Shown: one piece after another, positions 1-8,218 of the stretch
How positions within the stretch are numbered: position 1 is the first letter of the stretch
Layout of the letters: every line of letters begins with the position of its first letter
Source of the DNA: Thermodesulfobacteriota bacterium
GTDB lineage: Bacteria > Desulfobacterota_D > UBA1144 > Nemesobacterales > UBA2774
Length of the DNA stretch: 64,000 nt
Assembly: GCA_021604765.1 (NCBI GenBank)
Contig: BQJP01000007.1
Coordinates: 26,691-90,690 of the forward strand
Reading direction: 5' to 3'
Made by a program: the position numbers and the translations under genes
The notes under the pieces: model-generated
The model's database searches: none
Told to the model about the DNA's origin: nothing
Seen by the model: the letters and a program-made list of their open reading frames with translations, nothing else

Positions 1-29
1 TTTAATATGAAAGATTAGCACATGAGTAC

Positions 30-69
30 AAAAAAGGGAGCCGGTACCAATAAGTACCAAGCTCCCTTT
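30..69 (-). terminator. Rho-independent terminator downstream of CDS 100..1398
   Basis: On the minus-strand RNA there is a GGGAGC/GCUCCC stem (36-41 and 61-66) with an inner GGUAC/GUACC extension, followed by a U-run (A30-A35 on the + strand). It lies about 30 nt after the stop codon. Homologous hairpins follow two paralogous genes. Confidence 0.7.
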
Positions 70-99
70 AAGAATTTTAAATTGTATTGTTTTTAAACT

Positions 100-1398
100 T
101 TAAGCTGATACTTGTCTCCTTCTCATAACCATAAATCCTACTATTCCAAGAATAGAAGCCATTGCTATTAAACCCCATTCGGATAGGGTTGGGACATTCC
201 GCAGGTCATCAGGATCAACACATTGAGCAAGATATACTTCAAAATTGTTGTCTGGATTGCCATTATTAATATTGGCATTTGATGTGAATGTTACAAGCGA
301 ACAGCTATTATCTACAGCCCCATTAACCCCCACACCATCCAAATCGGTAGTTATTTGAGTAAATGCATCTAAGGCTATGTTGTAAATGTAGACCTGTTGC
401 CCCCCTAATGGATTTCCTCCTGTTAAATTAGCATTAGAATGAAATGCCAAACAAGTTCCGTCACCATTAATATTAGGTACAAAACTATCTCCAGTGTTAT
501 CGTTTGTTACAGCACCAATATCCCCTGTATTCAGATTGAAAAGAAAAAGCTGCCTGTTTCCAGTAGAGTTTAGTCCCCTAACATTTCCCGTATGTGAGAA
601 AGCCACAAGACTGCCATCGGAAGTTATTGTAGACTGAAAAGCATCACCAGATGTGGTGTTTGTAACCTGAAGAACAGAGTTTGTTACAGTATTAGCCAGA
701 AATAACTCCCTATTTCCTTCAGGATTCTGCCCACCATTTGTTGAATTTGAAGAGAACGCAACCAGTGTCCCATCACCATTTAATGATGGAAAACGAGCAG
801 CTACACCAGCAGGTTCGTCTGTAATCATAATGAGAGTATCAGAAGGATTATCAAAGACATATATTTCATAATTTCCCTCTGGATTATTCGCAGAGATTAC
901 GTTGGTTTGAAAAGCCACACGCTCTCCGTTACCACTAATAAATGCTTCTTCATTGTTCATATTAACGCCGGATGTATCAGTAATCTGCTTGGTTGTGCCT
1001 GATTCTATATCCTGTAGATAAACTTCTTCGTTGCCGTCTGGATTGCTGTTATTAATATTTGCCTTAGAAGTAAAGGCAATTCTATTGCCGGATTCGCTGA
1101 TTTCCTGAGCGCCTGTATTTCCTACAGGATTGGAAGTTACTGCTGTAAATTCATCCGTCGGAATATCGAAAAGATATAATTCCAGATTACCTTCCGGGTT
1201 ATCACCATTAATGTTCGCAAAAGAGCTAAAACTAATTCTGGTTGCATCACCATTCATAGATGAAACCTGACTACTCTGAACCGGATCTTCGGTTATCTGT
1301 TGTATAAGCGGTGTCGGACAAACCAACTGCTGCGCCATAACACTTGGACTGAAAACAAACAAAATCATAAAGAGAAATAAGTTAGCAAAATTTTTCAT
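100..1398 (-). CDS. Secreted 7-blade PD40/TolB-like beta-propeller protein with an IPTL-CTERM-like sorting tail
   Basis: AAGGAGG Shine-Dalgarno sequence 7 nt upstream of the ATG. Signal peptide MKNFANLFLFMILFVFSPSVMA. Seven repeats of the type ..NGDG.R.AF.S.A....NP.GN.E.Y.... C-terminus VPTLSEWGLIAMASILGIVGFMVMRRRQVSA (motif, TM segment, basic cluster). Confidence 0.85.
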   Translation of the reverse strand: MKNFANLFLFMILFVFSPSVMAQQLVCPTPLIQQITEDPVQSSQVSSMNGDATRISFSSFANINGDNPEGNLELYLFDIPTDEFTAVTSNPVGNTGAQEISESGNRIAFTSKANINNSNPDGNEEVYLQDIESGTTKQITDTSGVNMNNEEAFISGNGERVAFQTNVISANNPEGNYEIYVFDNPSDTLIMITDEPAGVAARFPSLNGDGTLVAFSSNSTNGGQNPEGNRELFLANTVTNSVLQVTNTTSGDAFQSTITSDGSLVAFSHTGNVRGLNSTGNRQLFLFNLNTGDIGAVTNDNTGDSFVPNINGDGTCLAFHSNANLTGGNPLGGQQVYIYNIALDAFTQITTDLDGVGVNGAVDNSCSLVTFTSNANINNGNPDNNFEVYLAQCVDPDDLRNVPTLSEWGLIAMASILGIVGFMVMRRRQVSA

Positions 1399-1460
1399 TG
1401 CTCTACCTCCTTTAAACGGAATTAAAAAAACTAGCTATATACAGCCTCCTACAGCTCAAA

Positions 1461-1530
1461 CCCCCACTTCAATAATGGAGTGGGAGTAAATGGGGTGAGT
1501 CTAGACATCACTCCTATAAACTCCCACTCC
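1461..1530. promoter_or_regulatory. Nested inverted repeat with an alternative pairing partner, between the luxR-type gene and CDS 100..1398
   Basis: GGAGTGGGAG (1477-1486) is the perfect reverse complement of CTCCCACTCC (1521-1530). An inner stem pairs GGGGTGA (1492-1498) with TCACTCC (1508-1514). CCCCCACT (1461-1468) can alternatively pair with AGTGGG (1479-1484). Confidence 0.4.
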
Positions 1531-1644
1531 CATCCCATGAGGAGGGGATTTTCTTATTTAGTGTATTATGTATAAAATAAATATCTGTCGTAAAAACAAC
1601 CTTTTTTGTAGTAATTTGCCGACAAATATAAAAAAGAGGGGGGA

Positions 1645-2613
1645 TTAATCTATTAGTTTGTGCTTTATTGCATAGCGTATTACTTCAGCATTTGTTTTTA
1701 GCCCTAATTTCTCAATTAATCGGGCGCGGTATGTACTTATGGTACTGATGCTAACATACATTTCTGCAGCCATGTCTTTCATGCTCATACCTGAAGTAAT
1801 CATTAACATGACTTTATACTCTCGTTTTGACAATTTCTCATGCAGAGATTTGTCTAAATTCTTTTTTTTGTGTTCCTCATCTTGGGCTAAGTTTTCATTA
1901 TGCGATGTATCCATATTTTGAAAGTTTTTGAGTATTTCTTTTAAAGCATTAAGAACTTCCTGTTGTTCACGCACAGTTCTTATTTCACGCTCATTACGCT
2001 TACGATCTTCAATTTCTTGTTTAAGAAGTTGATTGTCCTTTTCAAGTTTGCTGGTAAGGGTTCGAACTCGATCATAAACCTCATCAAAAATTCTTGATTT
2101 GGATATTGCCATTCCAATAGTTTGAGCTATGGAAAGAGTTATTTTAATCTCTTGTTCACTAAATTTACGCTTTTCATGTCTGAATAACCAGATAACTCCT
2201 TCAACAAGATTATCTTTAAGAGCGATAGGAACACCTAGTGCTCCACAATTCCCTAATTTTTTTTCAGCAGGGACCAAATCTTTATCTTTTTGAATATCGT
2301 GTTTATTAATTAATCTGCCAGTCTTGATTAGTTTCCATGTAATCCCCTTTGGAAAAGGGATTTTGCTAGCCTTTTTGATATAGTCTGTTGAAAGGTTTCT
2401 ATATGCTCGCAACACCGCCTCTTTTCTATCCTCGCTCACTATATAAATACTTGCCATATCGACATTTATTAGTTCTAGAATCAAGCCCAAAAATGTTTCA
2501 CCTATATAATCTAGATGAACAGATTTATGTGCTGCATCATCTTTAATTATACGCTGTAGTTCAAATTCTTTATTATCATTTAACATTGCATCTCGCTCTA
2601 TATAATTCAACAA
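1645..2613 (-). CDS. GAF domain / coiled-coil / LuxR-type HTH transcriptional regulator
   Basis: The C-terminal LSKREYKVMLMITSGMSMKDMAAEMYVSISTISTYRARLIEKLG fits a LuxR/FixJ-type HTH. The N-terminal ~170 aa look GAF-like, and the middle is K/E-rich coiled coil. No receiver domain is present. The start is uncertain (TTG 2613 or ATG 2586). Confidence 0.75.
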   Translation of the reverse strand: MLNYIERDAMLNDNKEFELQRIIKDDAAHKSVHLDYIGETFLGLILELINVDMASIYIVSEDRKEAVLRAYRNLSTDYIKKASKIPFPKGITWKLIKTGRLINKHDIQKDKDLVPAEKKLGNCGALGVPIALKDNLVEGVIWLFRHEKRKFSEQEIKITLSIAQTIGMAISKSRIFDEVYDRVRTLTSKLEKDNQLLKQEIEDRKRNEREIRTVREQQEVLNALKEILKNFQNMDTSHNENLAQDEEHKKKNLDKSLHEKLSKREYKVMLMITSGMSMKDMAAEMYVSISTISTYRARLIEKLGLKTNAEVIRYAIKHKLID

Positions 2614-2740
2614 GATAAAAAATACATCAGCCTTATTGAATATATTTCTAATTTAGATGAGATGCTGGGAATTCAATTCAGTTTCAAATAATTAGCTACT
2701 TCTATTTTGATTTTTGAATATCAAAGATTAGCATAAGAGT

Positions 2741-2782
2741 AAAAAAAAGGGAGCCGGCACTTATAAGCACCAAGCTCCCTTT
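2741..2782 (-). terminator. Rho-independent terminator downstream of CDS 2812..3588
   Basis: GGGAGC (2749-2754) and GCTCCC (2774-2779) form a stem preceded on the + strand by an A8 run, which is a U-run after the hairpin on the minus strand. It is homologous to 30-69. Confidence 0.7.
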
Positions 2783-2811
2783 AAGAATTTTAAATTGTAG
2801 TCTTTATAAAT

Positions 2812-3588
2812 TTAGGCAATTACTTGTCTTCGTCGCATAACTATAAATCCAACTATTCCAAGAATAGAAGCCATGGCAATTAGGCCCCATTCAGAGAGTG
2901 TTGGGACATTGGCAGGTTGAATCGCTTCACACGTAACATCATCAACCATAAATTGAAAAAAGAACTGGTTATCCACTTCCGCTGCTCTGAACCTGACTGT
3001 AGTACCAGCAAAATCAGTAAGGTCAAAGTTAAGTATTGTGTAGCCTAAGACATCTGGATCACCAGGCATAGTTTGAAATAGATTCTCAAGCACACCAGCC
3101 CCAATATCAAAATCAGGAGCATTAGGATCCATTAAGTCTATCCTAGCCTGTTGATTTGGTGGACCTGCAAAGCTTAAATCAGGGCCGATGATGAAATCAG
3201 CCGAACTATTGCTATAATAGACGATAGCTGAACAAGTTACTAAGGTTGCACCAGCTGGGACATCTATATCCTGATAAAGCAAATGAGAGCCTGGTCCGCC
3301 CGAATCTGCAATCGCTGCGAAATCACCAACCGGCGGAGCTAAAACGATACTAGCACTGGCAGGTGATGTAGTACCAGTATATACAAACCAGTCACCTGAA
3401 CCTCCTGGTTCATTCACCACTATCCAGCCTGTAAAGTCTCCGGTCTCAAAATCTCCGTTTTCTATCAGCTCAACCTGGGCTGATGCTGTTAAAAGAAATG
3501 ATGAAAAAATAAAGAGTGTTAATATGAAAAAGCCTAAAGCTTTTTTAGAAGTTTGTAAGGTTCCCAATACCATTTTGTCATCCTCCAT
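2812..3588 (-). CDS. Secreted jelly-roll (CBM/galactose-binding-like) protein with an IPTL-CTERM-like sorting tail
   Basis: Signal peptide ..SKKALGFFILTLFIFSSFLLTASA. The mature N-terminus QVELIENGDFETGDFTGW is typical of CBM-like surface domains. C-terminus VPTLSEWGLIAMASILGIVGFIVMRRRQVIA. Confidence 0.8.
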   Translation of the reverse strand: MEDDKMVLGTLQTSKKALGFFILTLFIFSSFLLTASAQVELIENGDFETGDFTGWIVVNEPGGSGDWFVYTGTTSPASASIVLAPPVGDFAAIADSGGPGSHLLYQDIDVPAGATLVTCSAIVYYSNSSADFIIGPDLSFAGPPNQQARIDLMDPNAPDFDIGAGVLENLFQTMPGDPDVLGYTILNFDLTDFAGTTVRFRAAEVDNQFFFQFMVDDVTCEAIQPANVPTLSEWGLIAMASILGIVGFIVMRRRQVIA

Positions 3589-3680
3589 TAAGAATAAAGA
3601 TTAAGAGGTATTTTATCATAAGTGGGAATATAGTAAAAGATAAATGATGGATTTTTCTGTTAAGTATAAATAGAGAATGA

Positions 3681-4799
3681 TCAGTACCCAGTAAGCTCTA
3701 CGTAGCCTTTGCCTGAAAGACCATCACCTACGACTTTCACTGCACCTTCCCAGTAGTTAAAAGAGAGCAAGAGTTCCTGGTTTGGTATAGCAGGAGTCAC
3801 AGTTAGCTCTAGTCCTTGCTCTGGAATAGTTACTTTCCACTTTGAAGGGTACGTAATTCCTGTTTCAGAACTCTTCCAGGTATCCAGAACTACAATGTCA
3901 AAATCATCCACTTTCAAGTGTTTTACTGTACCGTCTTTCTCAATAAAACTTCCTGAAGAGAATGGGTCAATGCCGCCGTCTTTTAGCCTGAGCTGATAGA
4001 GCATAATTTCTCGTCCGTCATCCAGTTGCATAGAAAACCAGTCCCAGCCATCTTGATTTTCACCCAGTGCGCTTGTGCTCCATTCACGGTCTAACCAACT
4101 TAAACCGCTTACCTCAAATTTTTGCCCATCTATGGAAATTGTTCCTACGCTATTGATACGGGTCTGGGAAAAGTAATACGATGCATTACCCCGGTCGCTG
4201 CTTTTTTGGCTAAGCCCCTTATCACCTTGAAGAACAATAGGCTTTAAAGATTCCAAGTTCAATTCTATCGACACAGTGCCATCAATGGCCTTGAGTTCTA
4301 TTTTCTTCTCATCACCCGAGATGGACCATTTATCTATCCAGACACTGAAGGGACCACTTTGGAAACCGGCAAGCCCTACCGCACCCCTACTCCACTTTTC
4401 ACTGGAATAGAACTTGCCACTATTAATATCGGTAAGAGCAAAGTGCGCAAAATATATCTGGCTCGTTCCCCAGTTGGATTCTCTTTTAATTTCATCAGGA
4501 CTTAAAGCTCGCCTGAAGAAAGTAAGCTGGTATCCAAAGTCTCGCCCGTCTTTAGAACTTAAATTGCCGGTGTAGTACCACCACTCAGTCTGGAACTCAG
4601 GATGAGGACCAAAGTCCTTAGGGAATTTGAATTCTCTAATTTTATCTGCTCTTTTAAATCCTTCTGTGTCATCTCCAGAGAGGGATTGGGCAACATTAGT
4701 AGCCTCGCGTGAGCTTTGATTATCATTACACGAAGCCAGAAGCCCTATTATAGATATTAATGTAACAACAAGAATTAAACGTGAATATATGTTAATAAT
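3681..4799 (-). CDS. AttH-like lipocalin/CrtC-domain lipoprotein; the ORF track shows only its C-terminal 197 aa
   Basis: The frame stays open upstream of the tracked GTG at 4274 as far as a TAA at 4839-4841. The extension encodes a lipoprotein signal (..LILVVTLISIIGLLASC) and the AttH-type motif FPKDFGPHPEFQTEWWYYTGNL. A GAGGAG Shine-Dalgarno sequence (4813-4808) lies 8 nt before an ATT at 4799. No ATG, GTG or TTG is in frame there. Confidence 0.65.
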   Translation of the reverse strand: MINIYSRLILVVTLISIIGLLASCNDNQSSREATNVAQSLSGDDTEGFKRADKIREFKFPKDFGPHPEFQTEWWYYTGNLSSKDGRDFGYQLTFFRRALSPDEIKRESNWGTSQIYFAHFALTDINSGKFYSSEKWSRGAVGLAGFQSGPFSVWIDKWSISGDEKKIELKAIDGTVSIELNLESLKPIVLQGDKGLSQKSSDRGNASYYFSQTRINSVGTISIDGQKFEVSGLSWLDREWSTSALGENQDGWDWFSMQLDDGREIMLYQLRLKDGGIDPFSSGSFIEKDGTVKHLKVDDFDIVVLDTWKSSETGITYPSKWKVTIPEQGLELTVTPAIPNQELLLSFNYWEGAVKVVGDGLSGKGYVELTGY

Positions 4800-4804
4800 G
4801 CTCT

Positions 4805-7369
4805 CTACTCCTCTCTTATTAGTTTCCCGACGTCTTCTTTACCAATTAAATATGCCGGATATAACCCTGCTGCAATTGATGCTACCAAAGCAATGCCCAG
4901 GGCTTCGATGAAGTACCGAGGCTCGATTGAGAAATTGAGTGTCCATCCGAACGAACGCAGGTTGATGACATAAATAAGGATTAGTGATAACGCTAAACCA
5001 AGTGGAATTGAAAATATGCCCGAGGCAAGACCTATTAATCCGTTCTCTAAAAATAACATTTTACGAAGCTGTGATATTGTCATACCTATAGCCCTATATA
5101 CACCAAATTCCCGCTCCCTCTCTAACTGAAGCGCCATAAGAGAGCTTAATACACTAATAAAAGCTACTATTGCAATTAAAATTCTAAGCGCTGATGTAAC
5201 TGTGAAGGTTCTATCAAAGGTCTTTATGGCGGATTCCTTGAGGTTGTTATTAGATCTAATTACAAGATTAGAATATCCGGATAGGCTGGTTCTAAGCTCA
5301 CCAACTGTCTTTTCTACATTATTAATCTGAGAGACATATACTCCAAGAGAGGTAATTTTATCGTCCTGCCAAAGCGATCGGTATAAATCATCTGAAATTA
5401 GAAGGACACCAGATTGCGCGCCATAATCGTAATATATACCTGTGACTTCAAACTCCTTTATACCTTCGTCTGTTTGGAGTTCGATAGCTGTACCAGCACC
5501 GGGCTCAATATTATTTCTGTAGGCAAAGGATTCAGAAATAAGAATAGAGTTTTTCTGCATCTGGTTCCAAAGCTGATCATTGTCTAACTCTCTCCAAACA
5601 AACTCTCTATTCTCTGTGGCTAAATCCTCAGTAACTGCTACTAAATTAAATAAACCATATTCGGGACTGTTATATAAAACTCTCCTTACTGTAGCAACCC
5701 TACCTACTCCTGAGGTGTTTAATACCTCATCTATTATTTGAGGATTGAGCCCCGCTTGGCTGCTGATATTGGGCGCAACAATAGAGATAAAAACATCCGC
5801 TGTAAGGGCGGAATCGAGCCAGCTGACTACAGTGCTACGAAAGCTTCCTATCATAATGCTCACGCTTAATATCACTGAGATCGCAACTGTAAGAGAGGCA
5901 ATAGCAACAGCAGTTCTGCTGGATGACCTTATAACATTCCTGGGTGACATGCGGCTGATTAATCCAATAGGACTTAAAAGGAAAGAGAATAGGCTCATTA
6001 ATAAAGTAGTGCAAATAGGAACTAAGAGCGAGGCGCCGAACAAGATCAGAAAAACTGATAGGAGACTTAAAATCAGACTCTTTGTTGGAAGAATTATTAC
6101 AATGTACCCCAGAGCGATGACGATAATCCCAATGACACCAAAGAGCCTGATGGACTTTAAGAAAAAACCCTCAAAGGTGGATCGCCTTAAAATATTGATC
6201 GGACGAAGACGTGACGCCTCAAAAGCAGGGACAACAGCAGCAAACAGTGTCGCCAATATACCTGCCAAGAGTCCTTTGGCTATTGTTTCCGGAGACACGG
6301 TAAAGTTTGTCACCGTAAGGGTATAGTAGAGATCATTAATAGAACGAGTGACAAGTCCGACTATGCTCCTACCTAAAAAAATTCCACCTACAACCCCAAT
6401 TATGCTTCCGATAATGCCTATTCCCAAAGCCTCTGCCATAATCATTTTAAAGATTTGACGATGAGTTGTGCCAATAGAGCTGAGTGTTCCTATAATTGAG
6501 CGTCTTTGGATTACGGAGAATGAGACAATGTTATAGATTAAAAATACTCCTACGAAAAGAGCCAGGAGGCTAAGCGCAGTCAAATTAAGCTCGAAAGAAC
6601 GTGTTAGACTTTTAGCAGACCCGAGTAAAACATCCTTTCTCTTTATTTCTACACCGGAAGGGAGATAATTTTTAATTGATTGAAGGGCCCTACCTCCGTC
6701 CGCTGTTTCTTCATCAATTACTAAATCAATCTGAGATAGCAAACCAACTTTGCCAAGCAGTTCCTGAGCTGTGGATATATCTGTGAGCAATAATCCTCCT
6801 AAACTCTTTGAAAGCTCACTATCTTGTTCATCAAGCACTCCTATAACTTCAACATCAAGTGTTTCCGAGCCGTAGCTTAGATTAAGCACATCTCCAATTT
6901 TGATACCCGCGCTTTGTGCAATATCAGATGAAATCAATGCTGTGCTGGGTTTAGTAATAAGCTCACTCAAGGTGCTTTGAGAAAGATTAGGAAGTGGACT
7001 ATTTTGAGTATCATAAAAAATTAAATCCGCAAAAAGGTCTGTTCCTAAAAGACGCACGGCCCGGTCATTGAGATTTGAAATATTTACATAATCTTCAACA
7101 ATCGGAGCAATATTCTCGATGCCCAACTCGAGTTTGAGATGATTATAAATCTCTTCATCAAAATCAGAATATGCACCTAAAATATGATGAGTGCTTTTAG
7201 TTGATAATATCTCTTTAGAAATCGAGAAGGAGCGGCTCGCGCTTTGATTTGCAATATCTACGGATACGATTAAAGCCACGCCAAAAGTTATTCCAATAAC
7301 GAGAAGAATGCTCTGAAGCAAATGTCTTTTGATGAACCCTATTGAGACATGGAGAAGTGGATAATTCAT
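4805..7369 (-). CDS. ABC transporter permease with two FtsX-type 4-TM domains (YbbP/AttFG-like, MacB/LolCE superfamily)
   Basis: 854 aa with an N-terminal TM segment, a large periplasmic domain and a 3-TM block, this arrangement repeated twice. It follows the ATPase gene by 23 nt. Confidence 0.85.
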   Translation of the reverse strand: MNYPLLHVSIGFIKRHLLQSILLVIGITFGVALIVSVDIANQSASRSFSISKEILSTKSTHHILGAYSDFDEEIYNHLKLELGIENIAPIVEDYVNISNLNDRAVRLLGTDLFADLIFYDTQNSPLPNLSQSTLSELITKPSTALISSDIAQSAGIKIGDVLNLSYGSETLDVEVIGVLDEQDSELSKSLGGLLLTDISTAQELLGKVGLLSQIDLVIDEETADGGRALQSIKNYLPSGVEIKRKDVLLGSAKSLTRSFELNLTALSLLALFVGVFLIYNIVSFSVIQRRSIIGTLSSIGTTHRQIFKMIMAEALGIGIIGSIIGVVGGIFLGRSIVGLVTRSINDLYYTLTVTNFTVSPETIAKGLLAGILATLFAAVVPAFEASRLRPINILRRSTFEGFFLKSIRLFGVIGIIVIALGYIVIILPTKSLILSLLSVFLILFGASLLVPICTTLLMSLFSFLLSPIGLISRMSPRNVIRSSSRTAVAIASLTVAISVILSVSIMIGSFRSTVVSWLDSALTADVFISIVAPNISSQAGLNPQIIDEVLNTSGVGRVATVRRVLYNSPEYGLFNLVAVTEDLATENREFVWRELDNDQLWNQMQKNSILISESFAYRNNIEPGAGTAIELQTDEGIKEFEVTGIYYDYGAQSGVLLISDDLYRSLWQDDKITSLGVYVSQINNVEKTVGELRTSLSGYSNLVIRSNNNLKESAIKTFDRTFTVTSALRILIAIVAFISVLSSLMALQLEREREFGVYRAIGMTISQLRKMLFLENGLIGLASGIFSIPLGLALSLILIYVINLRSFGWTLNFSIEPRYFIEALGIALVASIAAGLYPAYLIGKEDVGKLIREE

Positions 7370-7392
7370 TTTAGTTAGTTTATTGCACCAAG

Positions 7393-8091
7393 CTATTCAG
7401 GAATAAGATTTCCATTGTGGATTGTATATACTTTATCGGCATAATTTATGACTTCATTACTATGGGTTGCCATTATCAAAGTCTTTTCAGCTTCACGAGT
7501 TACTTCTAATATTAGTTCTAAAATTTCTTTTGCCGTATCTTCATCTAAATTTCCTGTGGGCTCATCAGCCAGGATTATATCCGGGTCGTTTATCAAAGCA
7601 CGCGCTATAGCAACCCTCTGCTGCTCTCCTCCTGATAGGACATCGGGATAAGAATTCAATCTATCTCCAAGCCCAACCCTAGTTAATAACTCTTCGGCAC
7701 TAGCTCTTGAGTTTATGCCTTGAGAGCCGTTTAACTCTCTTGGGAGGCTCACATTCTCAATCACGCTCAGAGTAGGAATAAGATTAAAAAATTGAAAAAC
7801 TATACCAACCCTGTTTCTTCTTATTAAAGTAAGCTCTTCTTCAGAGAGATCATTAAGAAGAGTATTGCCTAGCCAGATTTCCCCACTGTCTGGATGGTCA
7901 ATTCCGGATATAAGATTGAGAAGAGTGGTTTTGCCAGAACCGCTCTTTCCTATCAATGCTACAACCTCGCCCTGATTAAATTCAACGTTAAGATTGTCAA
8001 TTACCTTTATTTCACGCCCGGCTTCTGTATAGAATTTGCTCAGATTTACAAAACGAAGATTGATATTATTGTCAGAATGTTCAATTGGCAT
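7393..8091 (-). CDS. ABC transporter ATP-binding protein (YbbA/LolD/MacB-type)
   Basis: Walker A GKSGSGKTT, signature LSGGEQQRVAIARAL, Walker B ILADEPTGNLD. Confidence 0.92.
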   Translation of the reverse strand: MPIEHSDNNINLRFVNLSKFYTEAGREIKVIDNLNVEFNQGEVVALIGKSGSGKTTLLNLISGIDHPDSGEIWLGNTLLNDLSEEELTLIRRNRVGIVFQFFNLIPTLSVIENVSLPRELNGSQGINSRASAEELLTRVGLGDRLNSYPDVLSGGEQQRVAIARALINDPDIILADEPTGNLDEDTAKEILELILEVTREAEKTLIMATHSNEVINYADKVYTIHNGNLIPE

Positions 8092-8101
8092 ATCAGAATT
8101 G

Positions 8102-8133
8102 TTACCCTTATTTATTCACAAAAGTAAGGGTAA
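8102..8133 (-). promoter_or_regulatory. 9-bp perfect hairpin immediately upstream of the ABC ATPase start codon
   Basis: TTACCCTTA (8102-8110) and TAAGGGTAA (8125-8133) are separated by a 14-nt loop. On the mRNA the 3' arm carries the only SD-like AAGGG, 13 nt before the AUG. Confidence 0.35.
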
Positions 8134-8218
8134 TGGTAACCGCATCTATTTCAAGAGAGGCTTAATTCTATGACTTATCTTAAACGGGGTTTATTAACTT
8201 TACGTAAGAGTAATTGGC

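Noticed and set aside
1445-1537. Small Trp-rich uORF on the minus strand (MGWEWEFIGVMSRLTPFTPTPLLKWGFEL) in the leader of CDS 100..1398.
   Set aside because: It has no Shine-Dalgarno sequence; the upstream sequence is CCCCTCCTC, which is anti-SD-like. The ORF is a by-product of the GGGAG/CTCCC inverted repeats. It is reported only as an RNA/DNA structure.
5745-6326. 193-aa plus-strand ORF inside the ABC permease gene.
   Set aside because: It is antisense to a well-supported 854-aa permease. Its composition is low-complexity (R/K/I/T-rich), and it has no Shine-Dalgarno sequence or recognisable motif. This is a typical shadow ORF.
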